Origin: an uncultured Verrucomicrobia subdivision 3 bacterium
GTDB taxonomy: Bacteria > Verrucomicrobiota > Verrucomicrobiia > Limisphaerales > UBA11358
DNA: 60,137 nt
Assembly (NCBI GenBank): GCA_903833055.1
Contig: CAILDU010000048.1
Coordinates: 1-60,137 of the forward strand
Direction of reading: 5' to 3'
Part shown: one piece after another, positions 55,279-60,137 of the stretch
How the letters are laid out: each line of letters begins with the position of its first letter
How positions within the stretch are numbered: the stretch's first letter is position 1
Notes under the pieces: model-generated
What the model saw: the letters and a program-made list of their open reading frames with translations, nothing else
What the model was told of the DNA's origin: nothing
Database searches by the model: none
Program-made: the position numbers and the translations under genes

Positions 55279-58200
55279 ATGCAATCGGCTGACATCATCT
55301 GCAAATGTGAGTCGTGGGAAAATTTCCAGCGACTTGCTTCGCAGTTAGGTGAAAAAGAGAAGGGCGACATATTTGAACGCCTCGTCCAGCTTTACCTCCA
55401 ACTCGAACCGATTTACTTCGCCCAAATCAAAAACGTCTGGCTGCTTGCAGAAGTCCCGCTTGAAATTCATACAAAATTAAATCTCCCAGAGCCGGACAAA
55501 GGCATTGACCTTATTGCTGAAACACACAAGTCGGAATTTTGGGCAATTCAAGCAAAGTATCGCGATGACCAGAAGGCTTCGATTCCTTGGGATGAGCTTT
55601 CGACTTTTACCGGTTTAGCTTTTGGTGTCTGTCGAAACATCAGCTTTGGCCTAATTTGTTCGACGACCGAGCACATCACGCAAGTTCTTCAAAACAACGA
55701 GCGCATCGGTTTCTGCACAATTGAAACGTGGGCGCATCTTGGCGGTGATTTCTTTCGCCGGGCGCAGGCAAAAATGCTGCACCATGCCGCCGCGCTTGAG
55801 CCGTATCAGCCGCGCGGCCACCAGATGTCTGCCATTGCCGCCGCCAAGGATCATTTCGCCACCAAATTGTCATCGCGTGGCAAGCTCATCATGCCATGCG
55901 CGTCCGGCAAAAGTCTCACCGCTTACTGGATTGCCGAAGATTTGAAAGCGACTTGGATTTTGGTTGCCGTCCCCAGCCTTGCGCTCATTAAACAGACGCT
56001 TTCTGTCTGGATGCGTGAATTTGTGGCGAGTGATGTTCAACCGGATTGGCTCTGCGTTTGCAGCGATGCCTCCGCTGGCGAAGTGGATCACGACGATCTC
56101 GTCACCTATGCACACGATTTAGGCGTGCCCTGCCTGACCGATGCTGATGGCATCGCTGACAAACTCCGAAATTTTTCCGCAGCTCGGCGCGTGGTTTTCA
56201 CTACTTACCAAAGTGGCGAAGTTCTGGCGCTCGCGGCTCGCAAGGCCGGTGTCATTTTTGATTTTGGCGTCATGGATGAGGCGCACAAAACCACCGGACG
56301 TAGAGATGGGATGTTTGCCTTTTTGCTCTTCGACGAAAATTTGCGGGTTAAGCAAAGGCTGTTCATGACGGCCACCGAACGCCGTTTCATTGGCAGTTCA
56401 AACCAAATCGCCAGCATGGAAGACCCGGAAATTTACGGGGAAACTTTTCATTCCATGAGCTTCAAGGCGGCGTTGGAATGCCAGCCGCCGATTTTGAGCG
56501 ACTACCAAATCATCACCATTGGCGTGCGTGAATCAGAAGTCGCGCGGCTGGTCAGCAGCAACAGCTACGTCAAACCTGACACCGGCAAATGGTCGGTCGT
56601 GACGGCCCAAACTTTCGCGGGGATGGTGGCATTGCAAAAGGCCGTTCAACAATACGGCATCCGCCATGCCGTCTCATTTCACAGCAGCATCGCCCGCGCG
56701 AGCCAGTTCAAACATCTGTTCGACCAACTTTCTGCTGTGAACGGCAATGGCAAAATCACGTCGTTTCATGTTTCCGGAAAAATGACGACCAGTGCCCGAG
56801 ATTCCCAAATCCGCGCGTTTCTCGCCGCATCGCCCAGCCTGCTCACGAATTCCAAATGCCTCACCGAAGGCGTGGACGTGCCGGAGATTGATTGCGTGAT
56901 GTTCGCCGATCCGAAGACGAGCAAGATAGGCATCGTGCAGGCGTGCGGACGTGCGTTGCGCCTGTCGGATGGCAAAACGCAAGGCTACATCATCGTGCCG
57001 TGCGTCGTCAGTGACGGCGCAACCGTTGAACAAGTCCGGCAAAGCGTCGCCTTCCAATTTGTCCTCGACGTGATTTGCGCGCTGGCGGCACAGGACGAAC
57101 GCATCATCGAAGAATTTCGCGCGGTATCGCAGGGCAAGCAATTCGGCTCGCGGCCAATCGTTTCGTTTAATCTGACGGAAGTAATCGCCGAAAATATCAA
57201 CACCGATAATTTTGTCCGCGCCATCGAGTTGGAATGTTGGAACAAACTCGCGCGTCTGGCATGGAGGCCATTTGAAGATGCCCGCAAATTTGCTCGGTCG
57301 CTTGAATTACATGACATTGAAGAATGGCTTGCTTGGACACGCGGCAAAATTCCAAACAAGCCGAAACGGCCGCTAGATATTCCCATTGCACCAGCAACTG
57401 TTTACCCAAAGGAATGGGAAGGATGGCGAGATTGGATGGGGACAGAAATGTTGTCATTTGAGGAAGCGCGTAAATTTGCGCGGAGTTTGGGTTTGCGGAC
57501 TCAAAGACAATGGCGGGATTATAGCAGCGGCAGGAGAACTGAATTACCTCTAAAGCCAGATGGTATTCCTTCTTCGCCAGAACGTGTATATGCCAAAGAT
57601 GGTTGGCTCGGTTATGGCGATTGGTTGGATACCGGCAATATCTCACCCACAAACAAGCGTGCGCGTAATTTTAATGCTGCAAGAGAATTCGCCCGCACGC
57701 TGGACCTGAAATCTCCCGCCGAATGGGATCTATATTGCGATGGTAAAATGGTAGGGAAGCCAGAGCGCCCGATTGATATTCCTAAGAAGGTTCAGCGCGC
57801 ATATAAAGAAAAGGGTTGGATTGGCTGGGGAGATTGGTTGGGTTGCGAGTGGGTGGAACTGCCACCGCGTGAAGTAAAGGCTCGTAAAAGACAGTTTCTA
57901 AAATACGAAGATGCACGTCAGGTTGCGCGAACACTTGGCGTAAAAACCAGCTTGGTATGGTTGAAATTTACAAAGGGAGAAATGAAACAACTTGGAGATT
58001 TTCCCCCAAACATTCCACGAAATCCTGCAAACTACTATGGAAAAGAATTTCTCGGCTGGGGTGATTTTCTGGGGACTGGTCAATTATCACCGTCAAACCG
58101 TCGAAAGCAATTCTTGCCATTTGAAAAGGCGCGATCATTTGCCAGAAATCTCGGCCTCAAGTCTTCAGTTGAATGGCATAACTACCGCGCTGGAAATATG

Positions 58201-58503
58201 CCGGATAAGGGCAAGCTACCAGATAACATTCCTTGGGGACCAAAAGAATCCTATCGCGATAAGTGGGTGAGTTGGCAAGACTGGCTCGGATCGTCAGACA
58301 AGCAGAGCCGGTGGCGAACATTCGAGCAGGCGCGCACATGGGCGCGAACGCTTGGCCTGCGAACCGCCCGCGAATGGTTTGCGTATTGCGACGGCAAAAT
58401 GCCCGACAAGCCACCACGCCCGTCCGACATTCCCAAAGATATTTACGGCGCATACGAGAAAAAAGGCTGGCAGGGAATCCACGACTGGCTCGGCGTTGCT
58501 TGA
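55279..58503 (+). CDS. PD-(D/E)xK nuclease-like N-terminal domain + SF2 (DEAH) helicase + six C-terminal ~65-70-aa tandem repeats
   Basis: Nuclease-like GIDLIAE...FWAIQAKYR. Helicase motifs PCASGKS (I), MDEAH (II), MTAT (III) and QACGRALR (VI). The repeat unit is F.EAR.FAR.LGLK...W..Y...........P..IP..P...Y...GW.GWGDWLG. Confidence 0.9.
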   Translation: MQSADIICKCESWENFQRLASQLGEKEKGDIFERLVQLYLQLEPIYFAQIKNVWLLAEVPLEIHTKLNLPEPDKGIDLIAETHKSEFWAIQAKYRDDQKASIPWDELSTFTGLAFGVCRNISFGLICSTTEHITQVLQNNERIGFCTIETWAHLGGDFFRRAQAKMLHHAAALEPYQPRGHQMSAIAAAKDHFATKLSSRGKLIMPCASGKSLTAYWIAEDLKATWILVAVPSLALIKQTLSVWMREFVASDVQPDWLCVCSDASAGEVDHDDLVTYAHDLGVPCLTDADGIADKLRNFSAARRVVFTTYQSGEVLALAARKAGVIFDFGVMDEAHKTTGRRDGMFAFLLFDENLRVKQRLFMTATERRFIGSSNQIASMEDPEIYGETFHSMSFKAALECQPPILSDYQIITIGVRESEVARLVSSNSYVKPDTGKWSVVTAQTFAGMVALQKAVQQYGIRHAVSFHSSIARASQFKHLFDQLSAVNGNGKITSFHVSGKMTTSARDSQIRAFLAASPSLLTNSKCLTEGVDVPEIDCVMFADPKTSKIGIVQACGRALRLSDGKTQGYIIVPCVVSDGATVEQVRQSVAFQFVLDVICALAAQDERIIEEFRAVSQGKQFGSRPIVSFNLTEVIAENINTDNFVRAIELECWNKLARLAWRPFEDARKFARSLELHDIEEWLAWTRGKIPNKPKRPLDIPIAPATVYPKEWEGWRDWMGTEMLSFEEARKFARSLGLRTQRQWRDYSSGRRTELPLKPDGIPSSPERVYAKDGWLGYGDWLDTGNISPTNKRARNFNAAREFARTLDLKSPAEWDLYCDGKMVGKPERPIDIPKKVQRAYKEKGWIGWGDWLGCEWVELPPREVKARKRQFLKYEDARQVARTLGVKTSLVWLKFTKGEMKQLGDFPPNIPRNPANYYGKEFLGWGDFLGTGQLSPSNRRKQFLPFEKARSFARNLGLKSSVEWHNYRAGNMPDKGKLPDNIPWGPKESYRDKWVSWQDWLGSSDKQSRWRTFEQARTWARTLGLRTAREWFAYCDGKMPDKPPRPSDIPKDIYGAYEKKGWQGIHDWLGVA

Positions 58504-58630
58504 TTTCGACTCCTCACCCCGGCCCTCTCCTCGTTCGGCGAGGAGAGGGAGAATTATTTTGTGGGACGATTTCCTAGGGTAGTCGCTTCGCTCCAACCCT
58601 AGGCTAATTTCCGTAGCGCCTTCAGCGCAT
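58504..58630. repeat. right (inverted) copy of the ~125-bp structured repeat element
   Basis: It starts the nucleotide after the helicase TGA. The first 65 nt are identical to the reverse complement of 55176-55240. The remainder is similar, and the differences fall mainly in one hairpin loop. Confidence 0.9.
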
Positions 58631-58659
58631 AAAAAACAGCCTCCATTTCTGGAGGCTGT
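58631..58659 (-). terminator. rho-independent terminator for the minus-strand gene 58703..59395
   Basis: ACAGCCTCCA-TTTC-TGGAGGCTGT. On the minus strand the stem is followed by TTTTTT. Confidence 0.65.
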
Positions 58660-58702
58660 CACGTTTTCTGGTTTTGATTTATTGCCCGCCGTGGCTCACG
58701 GC

Positions 58703-59395
58703 TTACGGATGCGGGGTCGCGGGCGGCGGCGTGGGCGGGGTCGGGCTGGCGTGGCTCGCGGTGGTGTCCACGATGATGCGCGCGTTTTCGTAATTGCTCA
58801 CGAAGGTCGCGTTGGTGATCTGGCCGGTCAGGTCGTCCATGATTCCCAAATCCACGTCGGCAGCGTCAAACTCGGCTTGGAGATTTCCAGTGACAGTTTT
58901 GCCAGCGGCGCGGGTGTCGCGCGGTTTGCTGATGAGAAGATTGTAAGCGGCAATCGCATTCGTCAACGCGGTCAGCTTGGCGGCGGTCACGCCGTAGGGG
59001 GCAAGGTTGACGATGTTCGTGTTCGCGGTGGTGTAGATGTTCTGGCAGTTGTCGCGGGATTGCACGTCGCGTCCACCCATCAAATCGCTCATGGAAAAAT
59101 CCACGGACGTTGCGAGCGTGTTGTTCTTGGTTTTCACGGCGTAGGCGTGAACGGCGTTTGCGATTGGCAACGCGGCGGCGCACATGGCCTGTCGCGCAGC
59201 CTGTTTGTCCTGTGCCACGCCGCTGGTGTCCTGCGCCTGACTTTGGGAAAAAGTCTGGATGTTGGTGACGTGGGTTTTCAGGTCGGTATAAGCATCGGCA
59301 AACGCGGTCAGCGATTGCCAAGCGGTCGGAGTGCCATCGCAGATTCCCTCGACGGCCAGATACATGGTGAGCTTGTTTAGCTGTTTAGTGTTCAT
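58703..59395 (-). CDS. hypothetical alpha-helical protein with a Pro/Thr-rich tail
   Basis: The likely start is MNTKQLNKLTMYLAVEG at 59395. About 230 aa with no family recognised, ending SPTPPTPPPATPHP. Confidence 0.65.
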   Translation of the reverse strand: MNTKQLNKLTMYLAVEGICDGTPTAWQSLTAFADAYTDLKTHVTNIQTFSQSQAQDTSGVAQDKQAARQAMCAAALPIANAVHAYAVKTKNNTLATSVDFSMSDLMGGRDVQSRDNCQNIYTTANTNIVNLAPYGVTAAKLTALTNAIAAYNLLISKPRDTRAAGKTVTGNLQAEFDAADVDLGIMDDLTGQITNATFVSNYENARIIVDTTASHASPTPPTPPPATPHP

Positions 59396-59454
59396 ATATT
59401 TTATGCCTTTCTTGCGGGGTTCGATTATTAGAACCGTCGAAAGGGGGGAAATGT

Positions 59455-59787
59455 TCAAAAATAGTCGAAAATCGAGGAAATATGAGGTTTCAGGCGTCCC
59501 AAATGACCCGGCAGACAGGCCAAGTCTGTCGCCAGACGTGCCATAGATGCCGGAAGTGGCGACATTTGAGCAGCACGACAGGCCAGATGAATCGGCAGAC
59601 GCGCCAAGTGACCTGACAGAGACGCCAAATGCTCCAGCAGACTCGTCAGAGAAGCCGGAAGATTGACCAAATGGATTGGCAGACAGGCCAGAGACGCTGG
59701 CAGTTTGACCAGACGAGACGGCAGTTGCGTTATTTCTGGCGGCAGAAAGGCCAGTTGAATTTCAAACCTGCACCGATTTGAATTCAC
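59455..59787 (-). CDS. hypothetical protein built of ~12 xxLxxLP heptads
   Basis: 110-aa ORF running through the 21-nt repeat array. Variation among units concentrates at codon third positions and at Leu first positions, which is a coding-like pattern. Confidence 0.5.
   Translation of the reverse strand: MNSNRCRFEIQLAFLPPEITQLPSRLVKLPASLACLPIHLVNLPASLTSLLEHLASLSGHLARLPIHLACRAAQMSPLPASMARLATDLACLPGHLGRLKPHISSIFDYF
59510..59761. repeat. twelve tandem, strictly in-register degenerate 21-nt repeats (plus-strand consensus GGCAGAC.GGCCA...)
   Basis: Units start at 59510, 59531, 59552 and so on up to 59741, with no indels. G1, A4, G5, C12 and A13 are nearly invariant. Confidence 0.9.
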
Positions 59788-60137
59788 TCAAATTCCACGC
59801 CGCTTCGCCGACTTCGTGCGCGAGGTGATTCAGCTCCTCGATCTCCGCCTTGGTGAACAGCAGACCGCCGTGTTGCTTGGACAATCCGCCCCAGCGCGCT
59901 TCCGGCTGGCCGGGCAACAGGCACTTCTCGTTGCCGTGACCGAGCACGTCTTCGATGATCGCCTTCACGTTCTGGACTTGCGAACGGCCTTTGACATAGT
60001 CGTTGCCCTTCATCGCGTCGGGATGGATGACTTGAAAATAAAACGTCGAGCCGCGCTTCTCGCCTTCGCCGCCCAGCTTCGTTCCGCGAATTTGCGGCAG
60101 CGAACCGCCGATGTAACCCGCGTAAAGTTCGTCAATC
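59762..60137 (-). CDS. C-terminal part of an Ldh_2-family (malate/L-lactate/ureidoglycolate-type) dehydrogenase; truncated by the window edge
   Basis: The frame is open to the window end: IDELYAGYIGGSLPQIRGTKLGGEGEKRGSTFYFQVIHPDAMKGNDY...LLPGQPE. The family call is from recollection. Confidence 0.6.
   Translation of the reverse strand, partial: IDELYAGYIGGSLPQIRGTKLGGEGEKRGSTFYFQVIHPDAMKGNDYVKGRSQVQNVKAIIEDVLGHGNEKCLLPGQPEARWGGLSKQHGGLLFTKAEIEELNHLAHEVGEAAWNLSEFKSVQV

Noticed and set aside
55115-58630. The inverted-repeat-bracketed helicase as a classical transposon or IS
   Set aside because: No transposase, recombinase or integrase is present. No direct target-site duplication is seen outside the repeats (left flank ..GAATTCAAAT, right flank AAAAAACAGC..). 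The perfectly conserved part of the repeats faces inward, not outward.
58263-58662. ORFs 58263..58577(+), 58352..58582(+) and 58294..58662(-) across the right inverted repeat
   Set aside because: They run through the structured repeat element (translation ...AERGEGRGEE...). The mirrored sequence at the left copy does not lie in an ORF, so these are repeat-derived artefacts.
59510-59761. The 21-nt repeat array as a CRISPR array
   Set aside because: The units are contiguous with no unique spacers, they are degenerate rather than identical, and no cas genes are present. An iteron or centromere-like reading is kept only as a minority alternative in the finding.

Overview
This is a 60.1-kb, moderately GC-rich chromosomal window with dense coding on both strands. 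All family assignments below come from motifs read directly in the ORF translations; no database search was run. The gene content suggests a PVC-superphylum, Verrucomicrobia-like bacterium. The pointers are a Tat-signal Gfo/Idh/MocA oxidoreductase, a pseudopilin-like small protein, an LVIVD-repeat multiheme cytochrome, secreted FecR-domain paralogs and dispersed GGAGAGGG-hairpin repeats. This taxonomic call is inference only.

Housekeeping genes:
- tRNA-Gly(GCC), ubiE/menG, a large candidate PPi-type PEPCK, RNase R with an S1-domain partner, lysine 2,3-aminomutase, serA and a parvulin PPIase.
- The rpmH-rnpA-yidD-yidC-jag block.
- A hexuronate-type cluster (MFS transporter, SDR, kdgK).
- A GH63-like glucosidase, a MASE1 hybrid histidine kinase, an NtrC-type activator and a higBA toxin-antitoxin pair.

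No rRNA, CRISPR array, transposase or integrase is visible.

Most interesting regions:
1. 9.9-21.5 kb. A CHASE2 adenylate cyclase and a FecR/FecR/outer-membrane-protein module sit beside an operon that looks like a split NOX/ferric-reductase chain. The operon encodes an FAD/NAD(P)H/2Fe-2S reductase, a tandem cNMP-binding domain fused to a 4x[4Fe-4S] ferredoxin, a membrane protein with two His-x13-His pairs, and an N-terminally Cys-rich decaheme cytochrome. I read this as a candidate cyclic-nucleotide-gated trans-envelope electron conduit.
2. 31.9-39.5 kb. A large outer-membrane barrel sits next to a decaheme cytochrome fused to LVIVD repeats.
3. 55.1-58.6 kb. A PD-(D/E)xK-nuclease/SF2-helicase gene with six C-terminal ~65-70-aa repeats is bracketed precisely by ~125-bp inverted repeats.
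4. 59.5-59.8 kb. Twelve in-register 21-nt repeats encode an xxLxxLP heptad protein.
5. Four perfect heptanucleotide micro-arrays lie inside or at the end of ubiE, the decaheme gene and yidD.
6. A DUF805 membrane module is inserted in the central loop of the MFS transporter.
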